Origin: Auanema rhodensis
Taxonomy: Eukaryota > Animalia > Nematoda
Length of the DNA: 64,000 nucleotides
Direction of reading: 5' to 3'
NCBI GenBank assembly: GCA_964057225.1
Contig: OZ059895.1
Location: 10,416,001 to 10,480,000 of the forward strand
How positions within the stretch are numbered: the stretch's first letter is position 1; the number at the start of each line of letters is the position of its first letter. Position numbers and translations under genes: made by a program. This document shows, one piece after another, positions 9,801 through 23,900 of this stretch. A model generated the notes under the pieces. The model searched no databases. It was not told the DNA's origin and worked only from the letters and a program-made list of their open reading frames with translations.

Positions 9801-12800
9801 TAACTGTTTGATAATATTAATTAGGTTTTGTGAGCATATATCCATAGTAATCTTTTTTTTCGGCGGGTTCAACTTGCTATTTCGTTTGATTTTTATGAAA
9901 AATTAAATATTCTAAGACTTTTATTTCTTGTACTAGAAATACGTGCTACATCTCATTAAACTAAGAATTAGTTGATTGAGAAGGCAAAACAAATTTTGTT
10001 AGCACAGAAACATATTAATCATATTTTCCGGCGGGCTTAAGTTGCTATTTTGTTCGATTTTCATGAAAAAATAAAAATTTCAAAATGTTTATTTTTAGCC
10101 CTAGAAATACGTGCAACATCTTACTCAACTCAAAATTAACTGTTTGATAATATTAATTAGGTTTTGTGAGCATATATCCATAGTAATCATGTTTTGCGGC
10201 GGGTTCAACTTGCTATTTCGTTTGATTTTTATGAAAAATTAAATATTCTAAGACTTTTATTTCTTGTACTAGAAATACGTGCTACATCTCATTAAACTAA
10301 GAATTAGTTGATTGAGAAGGCAAAACAAATTTTGTTAGCACAGAACCATATTAATCATATTTTCCGGCGGGCTCAAGTTGCTATTTTGTTCGATTTTCAT
10401 GAAAAAATAAAAGTTTTAAAATGTTTATTTTTAGCCCTAGAAAACCGTGCAACATCTTACTCAACTCAAAATCAACTGTTTGATAACAATAATTAGGTTT
10501 TGTGAGCATATATCCATAGTAATCATGTTTTGCGGCGGGTTCAACTTGCTATTTCGTTTGATTTTTATGAAAAATTAAATATTCTAAAAATTTTATTTCC
10601 TGTCCTAGAAATACGTGCTACATCTCATTAAACTAAGAATTAGTTGATTGAAAAGGCAAAACAAATTTGTTAGCACAGAACCATATTAATCATACTTTCC
10701 GGCGGGCTAAAGTTGCTATTTTGTTCGATTTTCATGAAAAAATAAAAATTTTTAAATGTTTATTTTTAGCCCTAGAAATACGTGCAACATCTTATTATCT
10801 AAGAAAATTTGAAAATTAAATGATTGAAAAAGTAAAACAGATTTTGTTAGCACAGAAACATATTAATCATATTTTAAGGCGGGCTCAAGTTGCTATTTTG
10901 TTCGATTTTCATGAAAAAATAAAAATTTTAAAATGTTTATTTTTAGCCCTAGAAATACGTGCAACATCTTACTCAACTCAAAATCAACTGTTTGATAATA
11001 TAAATTAGGTTTTGTGAGCATATATCCATAGCAATCATGTTTTGCGGCGGGTTCAACTTGCTATTTCGTTTGATTTTTGTGAAAAATTAAATATTCTAAA
11101 AATTTTATTTCTTGTCCTAGAAATACGTGCTACATCTCATTAAACTAAGAATTAGTTAATTGAGGAGGCAAAACAAATTTTGCTAGCACAGAACCATATT
11201 AATCATATTTTCCGGCGGGCTTAAGTTGCTATTTTGTTCGATTTTCATGAAAAAATAAAAATTTTTAAATGTTTATTTTTCGCCCTAGAAATACGTGCAA
11301 CATCTTATTATCTAAGAAAACTTGAAAATTAAATGATTGAAAAAGTAAAACAGATTTTGTTAGCCCAGAAACATATTAATCATATTTTAAGGCGGGCTCA
11401 AGTTGCTATTTTGTTCGATTTTCATGAAAAAATAAAAATTTTAAAATGTTTATTTTTAGCCCTAGAAATACGTGCAACATCTTACTCAACTCAAAATCAA
11501 CTGTTTGATAATATAAATTAGGTTTTGTGAGCATATATCTATAGCAATCATGTTTTGCGGCGGGTTCAACTTGCTATTTCGTTTGATTTTTATGAAAAAT
11601 TAAATATTATGAAAATTTTATTTCTTGTCCTAGAAATACGTGCTACATCTCATTAAACTAAGAATTAGTTGATTCAGAAGGCAAAACAAATTTTGTTAGC
11701 ACAGAACCATATTAATCATATTTTCCGGCGGGCTCAAGTTGCTATTTTGCTCGATTTTCATGAAAAAATAAAAATTTTAAAATGTTTATTTTTAGCCCTA
11801 GAAAAACGTGCAACATCTTACTCAACCCAAAATCAACTGTTTGATAATATAAATTAGGTTTTGTGAGCATATATCCATAGTAATCATGTTTTGCGGCGGG
11901 TTCAACTTGCTATTTCGTTTGATTTTTATGAAAAATTAAATATTCTAAAAATTTTATTTCTTGTCCTAGAAATACGTGCTACATCTCATTGAACTAAGAA
12001 TTAGTTGATTGAAAAGGCAAAACAAATTTGTTAGCACAGAACCATATTAATCATATTTTCCGGCGGGCTAAAGTTGCTATTTTGTTCGATTTTCATGAAA
12101 AAATAAATATTCTAAAAATTTTATTTCTTGTCCTAGAAATACGTGCTACATCTCATTGAACTAAGAATTAGTTGATTGAAAAGGCAAAACAAATTTGTTA
12201 GCACAGAACCATATTAATCATATTTTCCGGCGGGTTCAACTTGCTATTTCGTTTGATTTTTATGAAAAATTAAATATTCTAAAAATTTTATTTCTTGTCC
12301 TAGAAATACGTGCTACATCTCATTGAACTAAGAATTAGTTGATTGAAAAGGCAAAACAAATTTGTTAGCACAGAACCATATTAATCATATTTTCCGGCGG
12401 GCTAAAGTTGCTATTTTGTTCGATTTTCATGAAAAAATAAAAATTTTAAAATGTTTATTTTTAGCCTCAGAAATACGTGCAACATCTTATTATCTAAGAA
12501 AATTTGAAAACTAAATAATTGAAAAAGTAAAACAGATTTTGTTAGCACAGAAACATATTAATCATATTTTAAGGCGGGCTCAAGTTGCTATTTTGTTCGA
12601 TTTTCATGAAAAAATAAAAATTTTTAAATGTTTATTTTTCGCCCTAGAAATACGTGCAACATCTTATTATCTAAGAAAACTTGAAAATTAAATGATTGAT
12701 AAAGTAAAACAGATTTTGTTAGCACAGAAACATATTAATCATATTTTAAGGCGGGCTCAAGTTGCTATTTTGTTCGATTTTCATGAAAAAATAAAAGTTT

Positions 12801-15734
12801 TAAAATGTTTATTTTTAGCCCTAGAAATACGTGCAACATCTTATTATCTAAGAAAATTTGAAAATTAAATGATTGAAAAAGTAAAACAGATTTTCTTAGC
12901 ACAGAAACATATTAATCATATTTTAAGGCGGGCTAAAGTTGCTATTTTGTTCGATTTTCATGAAAAAATAAAAATTTTAAAATGTTTATTTTTAGCCTCA
13001 GAAATACGTGAAACATCTTATTATCTAAGAAAATTTGAAAATTAAGTAATTGAAAAAGTAAAACCGATTTTGTTAGCCCAGAAACATATTAATCATATTT
13101 TATGGCGGGCTCAAGTTGCTATTTTGTTCGATTTTCATGAAAAAATAAAAATTTTAAAATGTTTATTTTTAGCCCTAGAAATACGTGCAACATCTTACTC
13201 AACTCAAAATCAACTGTTTGATAATATAAATTAGGTTTTGTGAGCATATATCCATAGTAATCATGTTTTGCGGCGGGTTCAACTTGCTATTTCGTTTGAT
13301 TTTTATGAAAAATTAAATATTCTAAATTTTTTATTTCTTGTCCTAGAAAAACGTGCTACATCTCATTAAACTAAGAATTAGTTGATTGAAAAGGCAAAAC
13401 AAATTTTGTTAGCACAGAACCATATTAATCATATTTTCCGGCGGGCTCAAGTTGCTATTTTGTTCGATTTTCATGAAAAAATAAAAGTTTTAAAATGTTT
13501 ATTTTTAGCCCTAGAAATACGTGCAACATCTTACTCAACTCAAAATCAACTGTTTGATAATATAAATTAGATTTTGTGAGCATATATCCAAAGTGATCAT
13601 GTTTTGCGGCGGGTTCAACTTGCTATTTCGTTTGATTTTTATGAAAAATTAAATATTCTAAAAATTTTATTTCTTGTCCTAGAAATACGTGCTACATCTC
13701 TTTAAACTAAGAATTAGTTGATTGAGAAGGCAAAACAAATTTTGTTAGCACAGAACCATATTAATCATATTTTCCGGCGGGCTTAAGTTGCTATTTTGTT
13801 CAATTTTCATGAAAAAATAAAAATTTTTAAATGTTTATTTTTCGCCCTAGAAATATGTGCAACATCTTATTATCTAAGAAAATTTGAAAATTAAATGATT
13901 GAAAAAGTAAAACAGATTTTGTTAGCACAGAAACATATTAATCATATTTTACGGCGGGCTCAAGTTGCTATTTTGTTCGATTTTTATGAAAAATTGAAAA
14001 TTTTAAAATGTTTATTTTTAGCCCTAGAAATACGTGCAACATCTTATTCAACTCAAAATCAACTGTTTGATAATATAAATTAGGTTTTGTGAGCATATAT
14101 CCATAGTAATCATGTTTTGCGGCGGTTTCAACTTGCTATTTCGTTTGATTTTTATGAAAAATTAAATATTCTAAAACTTTTATTTCTTGTCCTAGAAATA
14201 CGTGCTACATCTCATTAAACTAAGAATTAGTTGATTGAAAAGGCAAAACAAATTTTGTGAGCATATACCCATAGTAATCATGTTTTGCGGCGTGCTCAAG
14301 TTGCTATTTTGTTCGATTTTTATGAAAAATTAAATATTTTCAAATGTTTATTTTTCGCCCTAGAAATATGTGCAACATCTTATTATCTAAGAAAATTTGA
14401 AAATTAAATGATTGAAAAAGTAAAACAGATTTTGTTAGCACAGAAACACATTAATCATATTTTACGGCGGGCTCAAGTTGCTATTTTGTTCGATTTTCAT
14501 GAAAAAATAAAAATTTTAAAATGTTTATTTTTAGCCCTAGAAATATGTGCAACATCTTATTATCTAAGAAAATTTGAAAATTAAATGATTGAAAAAGTAA
14601 AACAGATTTTGTTAGCACAGAAACATATTAATCATATTTTACGGCGGGCTCAAGTTGCTATTTTGTTCGATTTTCATGAAAAAATAAAAATTTTAAAATG
14701 TTTATTTTTAGCCCTAGAAATACGTGCAACATCTTATTCAACTCAAAATCAACTGTTTGATAATATAAATTAGGTTTTGTGAGCATATATCCATAGTAAT
14801 CATGCTTTGCGGCGGGTTCAACTTGCTATTTCGTTTGATTTTTATGAAAAATTAAATATTTTAAAAATTTTATTTCTTGTCCTAGAAATACGTGCTACAT
14901 CTCATTAAACTAAGAATTAGTTGATTGAGAAGGCAAAACAAATTTTGTGAGCATATACCCATAGTAATCATGTTTTGCGGCGTGCTCAAGTTGCTATTTT
15001 GTTCGATTTTTATGAAAAATTAAATATTTTCAAATGTTTATTTTTCGCCCTAGAAATACGTGCAACATCTTATTCAACTCAAAATCAACTGTTTGATAAA
15101 ATAAATTAGGTTTTGTGAGCATATATCCATAGTGATCATGTTTTGCGGCGGGTTCAACTTGCTATTTCGTTTGATTTTTATGAAAAAATAAAAGTTTTAA
15201 AATGTTTATTTTTAGCCCTAGAAATACGTGCAACATCTTATTATCTGAGAAAATTTGAAAATTAAATGATTGAAAAAGTAAAACAGATTTTGTTAGCACA
15301 GAAACATATTAATCATATTTTAATTTAAGGCGGGCTCAAGTTGCTATTTTGTTCGATTTTCATGAAAAAATAAAAGTTTTAAAATGTTTATTTTTAGCCC
15401 TAGAAATACGTGCAACATCTTATTATCTGAGAAAATTTGAAAATTAAATGATTGAAAAAGTAAAACAGATTTTGTTAGCACAGAAACATATTAATCATAT
15501 TTTAATTTAAGGCGGGCTCAAGTTGCTATTTTGTTCGATTTTCATGAAAAAATAAAAATTTTAAAATGTTTATTTTTAGCCCTAGAAATACGTGCAACAT
15601 CTTACTCAACTCAAAATCAACTGTTTGATAATATAAATTAGGTTTTGTGAGCATATATCCATAGTAATCATGTTTTGCGGCGGTTTCAACTTGCTATTTC
15701 GTTTGATTTTTATGAAAAATTAAATATTCTTAAA

Positions 15735-18700
15735 ATTTTATTTCTTGTCCTAGAAATACGTGCTACATCTCTTTAAACTAAGAATTAGTTGATTGAAAAG
15801 GCAAAACAAATTTTGTGAGCATATACCCATAGTAATCATGTTTTGCGGCGTGCTCAAGTTGCTATTTTGTTCGATTTTTATGAAAAATTAAATATTTTCA
15901 AATGTTTATTTTTCGCCCTAGAAATACGTGCAACATCTTATTCAACTCAAAATCAACTGTTTGATAAAATAAATTAGGTTTTGTGAGCATATATCCATAG
16001 TGATCATGTTTTGCGGCGGGTTCAACTTGCTATTTCGTTTGATTTTTATGAAAAATTAAATATTCTAAAAATTTTATTTCTTGTCCTAGAAATACGTGCT
16101 ACATCTCTTTGAACTAAGAATTAGTTGATTGAGAAGGCAAAACAAATTTTGTTAGCACAGAACCATATTAATCATATTTTCCGGCGGGCTTAAGTTGCTA
16201 TTTTGTTCAATTTTCATGAAAAAATAAAAATTTTTAAATGTTTATTTTTCGCCCTAGAAATACGTGCAACATCTTATTATCTAAGAAAACTTGAAAATTA
16301 AATGATTGATAAAGTAAAACAGATTTTGTTAGCACAGAAACATATTAATCATATTTTAAGGCGGGCTCAAGTTGCTATTTTGTTCGATTTTCATGAAAAA
16401 ATAAAAGTTTTAAAATGTTTATTTTTAGCCCTAGAAATACGTGCAACATCTTATTATCTAAGAAAATTTGAAAATTGAATAATTGAAAAAGTAAAACAGA
16501 TTTTGTTAGCACAGAAACATATTAATCATATTTTAAGGCGGGCTAAAGTTGCTATTTTGTTCGATTTTCATGAAAAAATAAAAATTTTAAAATGTTTATT
16601 TTTAGCCTCAGAAATACGTGAAACATCTTATTATCTAAGAAAATTTGAAAATTAAATAATTGAAAAAGTAAAACCGATTTTGTTAGCCCAGAAACATATT
16701 AATCATATTTTAAGGCGGGCTCAAGTTGCTATTTTGTTCGATTTTCATGAAAAAATAAAAATTTTAAAATGTTTATTTTTAGCCCTAGAAATACGTGCAA
16801 CATCTTACTCAACTCAAAATCAACTGTTTGATAATATAAATTAGGTTTTGTGAGCATATATCCATAGTAATCATGTTTTGCGGCGGGTTCAACTTGCTAT
16901 TTCGTTTGATTTTTATGAAAAATTAAATATTCTAAATTTTTTATTTCTTGTCCTAGAAAAACGTGCTACATCTCATTAAACTAAGAATTAGTTGATTGAA
17001 AAGGCAAAACAAATTTTGTTAGCACAGAACCATATTAATCATATTTTCCGGCGGGCTCAAGTTGCTATTTTGTTCGATTTTCATGAAAAAATAAAAGTTT
17101 TAAAATGTTTATTTTTAGCCCTAGAAATACGTGCAACATCTTACTCAACTCAAAATCAACTGTTTGATAATATAAATTAGATTTTGTGAGCATATATCCA
17201 AAGTGATCATGTTTTGCGGCGGGTTCAACTTGCTATTTCGTTTGATTTTTATGAAAAATTAAATATTCTAAAAATTTTATTTCTTGTCCTAGAAATACGT
17301 GCTACATCTCTTTAAACTAAGAATTAGTTGATTGAGAAGGCAAAACAAATTTTGTTAGCACAGAACCATATTAATCATATTTTCCGGCGGGCTTAAGTTG
17401 CTATTTTGTTCAATTTTCATGAAAAAATAAAAATTTTTAAATGTTTATTTTTCGCCCTAGAAATACGTGCAACATCTTATTATCTAAGAAAACTTGAAAA
17501 TTAAATGATTGATAAAGTAAAACAGATTTTGTTAGCACAGAAACATATTAATCATATTTTAAGGCGGGCTCAAGTTGCTATTTTGTTCGATTTTCATGAA
17601 AAAATAAAAGTTTTAAAATGTTTATTTTTAGCCCTAGAAATACGTGCAACATCTTATTATCTAAGAAAATTTGAAAATTAAATAATTGAAAAAGTAAAAC
17701 AGATTTTCTTAGCACAGAAACATATTAATCATATTTTAAGGCGGGCTAAAGTTGCTATTTTGTTCGATTTTCATGAAAAAATAAAAATTTTAAAATGTTT
17801 ATTTTTAGCCTCAGAAATACGTGCAACATCTTATTATCTAAGAAAATTTGAAAATTAAATAATTGAAAAAGTAAAACCGATTTTGTTAGCCCAGAAACAT
17901 ATTAATCATATTTTAAGGCGGGCTCAAGTTGCTATTTTGTTCGATTTTCATGAAAAAATAAAAATTTTAAAATGTTTATTTTTAGCCCTAGAAATACGTG
18001 CAACATCTTACTCAACTCAAAATCAACTGTTTGATAATATAAATTAGGTTTTGTGAGCATATATCCATAGTAATCATATTTTCCGGCGGGCTCAAGTTGC
18101 TATTTTGTTCGATTTTCATGAAAAAATAAAAGTTTTAAAATGTTTATTTTTAGCCCTAGAAATACGTGCAACATCTTACTCAACTCAAAATCAACTGTTT
18201 GATAATATAAATTAGATTTCGTGAGCATATATCCAAAGTGATCATGTTTTGCGGCGGGTTCAACTTGCTATTTCGTTTGATTTTTATGAAAAATTAAATA
18301 TTCTAAAAATTTTATTTCTTGTCCTAGAAATACGTGCTACATCTCTTTAAACTAAGAATTAGTTGATTGAAAAGGCAAAACAAATTTTGTGAGCATATAC
18401 CCATAGTAATCATGTTTTGCGGCGTGCTCAAGTTGCTATTTTGTTCGATTTTTATGAAAAATTAAATATTTTCAAATGTTTATTTTTCGCCCTAGAAATA
18501 CGTGCAACATCTTATTCAACTCAAAATCAACTGTTTGATAAAATAAATTAGGTTTTGTGAGCATATATCCATAGTGATCATGTTTTGCGGCGGGTTCAAC
18601 TTGCTATTTCGTTTGATTTTTATGAAAAATTAAATATTCTAAAAATTTTATTTCTTGTCCTAGAAATACGTGCTACATCTCTTTGAACTAAGAATTAGTT

Positions 18701-20964
18701 GATTGAGAAGGCAAAACAAATTTTGTTAGCACAGAACCATATTAATCATATTTTCCGGCGGGCTTAAGTTGCTATTTTGTTCAATTTTCATGAAAAAATA
18801 AAAATTTTTAAATGTTTATTTTTCGCCCTAGAAATACGTGCAACATCTTATTATCTAAGAAAACTTGAAAATTAAATGATTGATAAAGTAAAACAGATTT
18901 TGTTAGCACAGAAACATATTAATCATATTTTAAGGCGGGCTCAAGTTGCTATTTTGTTCGATTTTCATGAAAAAATAAAAGTTTTAAAATGTTTATTTTT
19001 AGCCCTAGAAATACGTGCAACATCTTATTATCTAAGAAAATTTGAAAATTGAATAATTGAAAAAGTAAAACAGATTTTGTTAGCACAGAAACATATTAAT
19101 CATATTTTAAGGCGGGCTAAAGTTGCTATTTTGTTCGATTTTCATGAAAAAATAAAAATTTTAAAATGTTTATTTTTAGCCTCAGAAATACGTGAAACAT
19201 CTTATTATCTAAGAAAATTTGAAAATTAAATAATTGAAAAAGTAAAACCGATTTTGTTAGCCCAGAAACATATTAATCATATTTTAAGGCGGGCTCAAGT
19301 TGCTATTTTGTTCGATTTTCATGAAAAAATAAAAATTTTAAAATGTTTATTTTTAGCCCTAGAAATACGTGCAACATCTTACTCAACTCAAAATCAACTG
19401 TTTGATAATATAAATTAGGTTTTGTGAGCATATATCCATAGTAATCATGTTTTGCGGCGGGTTCAACTTGCTATTTCGTTTGATTTTTATGAAAAATTAA
19501 ATATTCTAAATTTTTTATTTCTTGTCCTAGAAAAACGTGCTACATCTCATTAAACTAAGAATTAGTTGATTGAAAAGGCAAAACAAATTTTGTTAGCACA
19601 GAACCATATTAATCATATTTTCCGGCGGGCTCAAGTTGCTATTTTGTTCGATTTTCATGAAAAAATAAAAGTTTTAAAATGTTTATTTTTAGCCCTAGAA
19701 ATACGTGCAACATCTTACTCAACTCAAAATCAACTGTTTGATAATATAAATTAGATTTTGTGAGCATATATCCAAAGTGATCATGTTTTGCGGCGGGTTC
19801 AACTTGCTATTTCGTTTGATTTTTATGAAAAATTAAATATTCTAAAAATTTTATTTCTTGTCCTAGAAATACGTGCTACATCTCTTTAAACTAAGAATTA
19901 GTTGATTGAGAAGGCAAAACAAATTTTGTTAGCACAGAACCATATTAATCATATTTTCCGGCGGGCTTAAGTTGCTATTTTGTTCAATTTTCATGAAAAA
20001 ATAAAAATTTTTAAATGTTTATTTTTCGCCCTAGAAATACGTGCAACATCTTATTATCTAAGAAAACTTGAAAATTAAATGATTGATAAAGTAAAACAGA
20101 TTTTGTTAGCACAGAAACATATTAATCATATTTTAAGGCGGGCTCAAGTTGCTATTTTGTTCGATTTTCATGAAAAAATAAAAGTTTTAAAATGTTTATT
20201 TTTAGCCCTAGAAATACGTGCAACATCTTATTATCTAAGAAAATTTGAAAATTAAATAATTGAAAAAGTAAAACAGATTTTCTTAGCACAGAAACATATT
20301 AATCATATTTTAAGGCGGGCTAAAGTTGCTATTTTGTTCGATTTTCATGAAAAAATAAAAATTTTAAAATGTTTATTTTTAGCCTCAGAAATACGTGCAA
20401 CATCTTATTATCTAAGAAAATTTGAAAATTAAATAATTGAAAAAGTAAAACCGATTTTGTTAGCCCAGAAACATATTAATCATATTTTAAGGCGGGCTCA
20501 AGTTGCTATTTTGTTCGATTTTCATGAAAAAATAAAAATTTTAAAATGTTTATTTTTAGCCCTAGAAATACGTGCAACATCTTACTCAACTCAAAATCAA
20601 CTGTTTGATAATATAAATTAGGTTTTGTGAGCATATATCCATAGTAATCATATTTTCCGGCGGGCTCAAGTTGCTATTTTGTTCGATTTTCATGAAAAAA
20701 TAAAAGTTTTAAAATGTTTATTTTTAGCCCTAGAAATACGTGCAACATCTTACTCAACTCAAAATCAACTGTTTGATAATATAAATTAGATTTTGTGAGC
20801 ATATATCCAAAGTGATCATGTTTTGCGGCGGGTTCAACTTGCTATTTCGTTTGATTTTTATGAAAAATTAAATATTCTAAAAATTTTATTTCTTGTCCTA
20901 GAAATACGTGCTACATCTCTTTAAACTAAGAATTAGTTGATTGAAAAGGCAAAACAAATTTTGT
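15735..20964 (+). repeat. Tandem duplication of a 2574-bp 15-monomer unit
   Basis: Landmarks 15787/18361, 16992/19566 and 18187/20761 are all 2574 apart = 9x168 + 6x177, with the same variant order in both copies. Confidence 0.9.
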
Positions 20965-23900
20965 TAGCACAGAACCATATTAATCATATTTTCCGGCGGG
21001 CTTAAGTTGCTATTTTGTTCAATTTTCATGAAAAAATAAAAATTTTTAAATGTTTATTTTTCGCCCTAGAAATACGTGCAACATCTTATTATCTAAGAAA
21101 ACTTGAAAATTAAATGATTGATAAAGTAAAACAGATTTTGTTAGCACAGAAACATATTAATCATATTTTAAGGCGGGCTCAAGTTGCTATTTTGTTCGAT
21201 TTTCATGAAAAAATAAAAGTTTTAAAATGTTTATTTTTAGCCCTAGAAATACGTGCAACATCTTATTATCTAAGAAAATTTGAAAATTAAATAATTGAAA
21301 AAGTAAAACAGATTTTCTTAGCACAGAAACATATTAATCATATTTTAAGGCGGGCTAAAGTTGCTATTTTGTTCGATTTTCATGAAAAAATAAAAATTTT
21401 AAAATGTTTATTTTTAGCCTCAGAAATACGTGAAACATCTTATTATCTAAGAAAATTTGAAAATTAAGTAATTGAAAAAGTAAAACCGATTTTGTTAGCC
21501 CAGAAACATATTAATCATATTTTAAGGCGGGCTCAAGTTGCTATTTTGTTCGATTTTCATGAAAAAATAAAAATTTTAAAATGTTTATTTTTAGCCCTAG
21601 AAATACGTGCAACATCTTACTCAACTCAAAATCAACTGTTTGATAATATAAATTAGGTTTTGTGAGCATATATCCATAGTAATCATGTTTTGCGGCGGGT
21701 TCAACTTGCTATTTCGTTTGATTTTTATGAAAAATTAAATATTCTAAAAATTTTATTTCTTGTCCTAGAAATACGTGCTACATCTCTTTAAACTAAGAAT
21801 TAGTTGATTGAGAAGGCAAAACAAATTTTGTTAGCACAGAACCATATTAATCATATTTTCCGGCGGGCTTAAGTTGCTATTTTGTTCGATTTTCATGAAA
21901 AAATAAAAATTTTAAAATGTTTATTTTTAGCCCTAGAAATACGTGCAACATCTTACTCAACTCAAAATCAACTGTTTGATAATATAAATTAGATTTTGTG
22001 AGCATATATCCAAAGTGATCATGTTTTGCGGCGGGTTCAACTTGCTATTTCGTTTGATTTTTATGAAAAATTAAATATTCTAAAAATTTTATTTCTTGTC
22101 CTAGAAATACGTGCTACATCTCTTTAAACTAAGAATTAGTTGATTGAGAAGGCAAAACAAATTTTGTTAGCACAGAACCATATTAATCATATTTTCCGGC
22201 GGGCTTAAGTTGCTATTTTGTTCAATTTTCATGAAAAAATAAAAATTTTTAAATGTTTATTTTTCGCCCTAGAAATATGTGCAACATCTTATTATCTAAG
22301 AAAATTTGAAAATTAAATGATTGAAAAAGTAAAACAGATTTTGTTAGCACAGAAACATATTAATCATATTTTACGGCGGGCTCAAGTTGCTATTTTGTTC
22401 GATTTTTATGAAAAATTGAAAATTTTAAAATGTTTATTTTTAGCCCTAGAAATACGTGCAACATCTTATTCAACTCAAAATCAACTGTTTGATAATATAA
22501 ATTAGGTTTTGTGAGCATATATCCATAGTAATCATGTTTTGCGGCGGGTTCAACTTGCTATTTCGTTTGATTTTTATGAAAAATTAAATATTTTAAAAAT
22601 TTTATTTCTTGTCCTAGAAATACGTGCTACATCTCATTAAACTAAGAATTAGTTGATTGAGAAGGCAAAACAAATTTTGTTAGCACAGAACCATATTAAT
22701 CATATTTTCCGGCGGGCTCAAGTTTCTATTTTGTTCGATTTTCATGAAAAAATAAAAATTTTAAAATGTTTATTTTTAGCCCTAGAAATACGTGCAACAT
22801 CTTACTCAACTCAAAATCAACTGTTTGATAATATAAATTAGGTTTTGTGAGCATATATCCATAGTAATCATGTTTTGCGGCGGTTTCAACTTGCTATTTC
22901 GTTTGATTTTTATGAAAAATTAAATATTCTAAAACTTTTATTTCTTGTCCTAGAAATACGTGCTACATCTCATTAAACTAAGAATTAGTTGATTGAAAAG
23001 GCAAAACAAATTTTGTGAGCATATACCCATAGTAATCATGTTTTGCGGCGTGCTCAAGTTGCTATTTTGTTCGATTTTTATGAAAAATTAAATATTTTCA
23101 AATGTTTATTTTTCGCCCTAGAAATATGTGCAACATCTTATTATCTAAGAAAATTTGAAAATTAAATGATTGAAAAAGTAAAACAGATTTTGTTAGCACA
23201 GAAACACATTAATCATATTTTACGGCGGGCTCAAGTTGCTATTTTGTTCGATTTTCATGAAAAAATAAAAATTTTAAAATGTTTATTTTTAGCCCTAGAA
23301 ATATGTGCAACATCTTATTATCTAAGAAAATTTGAAAATTAAATGATTGAAAAAGTAAAACAGATTTTGTTAGCACAGAAACATATTAATCATATTTTAC
23401 GGCGGGCTCAAGTTGCTATTTTGTTCGATTTTCATGAAAAAATAAAAATTTTAAAATGTTTATTTTTAGCCCTAGAAATACGTGCAACATCTTATTCAAC
23501 TCAAAATCAACTGTTTGATAATATAAATTAGGTTTTGTGAGCATATATCCATAGTAATCATGCTTTGCGGCGGGTTCAACTTGCTATTTCGTTTGATTTT
23601 TATGAAAAATTAAATATTTTAAAAATTTTATTTCTTGTCCTAGAAATACGTGCTACATCTCATTAAACTAAGAATTAGTTGATTGAAAAGGCAAAACAAA
23701 TTTTGTGAGCATATACCCATAGTAATCATGTTTTGCGGCGTGCTCAAGTTGCTATTTTGTTCGATTTTTATGAAAAATTAAATATTTTCAAATGTTTATT
23801 TTTCGCCCTAGAAATATGTGCAACATCTTATTATCTGAGAAAATTTGAAAATTAAATGATTGAAAAAGTAAAACAGATTTTGTTAGCACAGAAACATATT

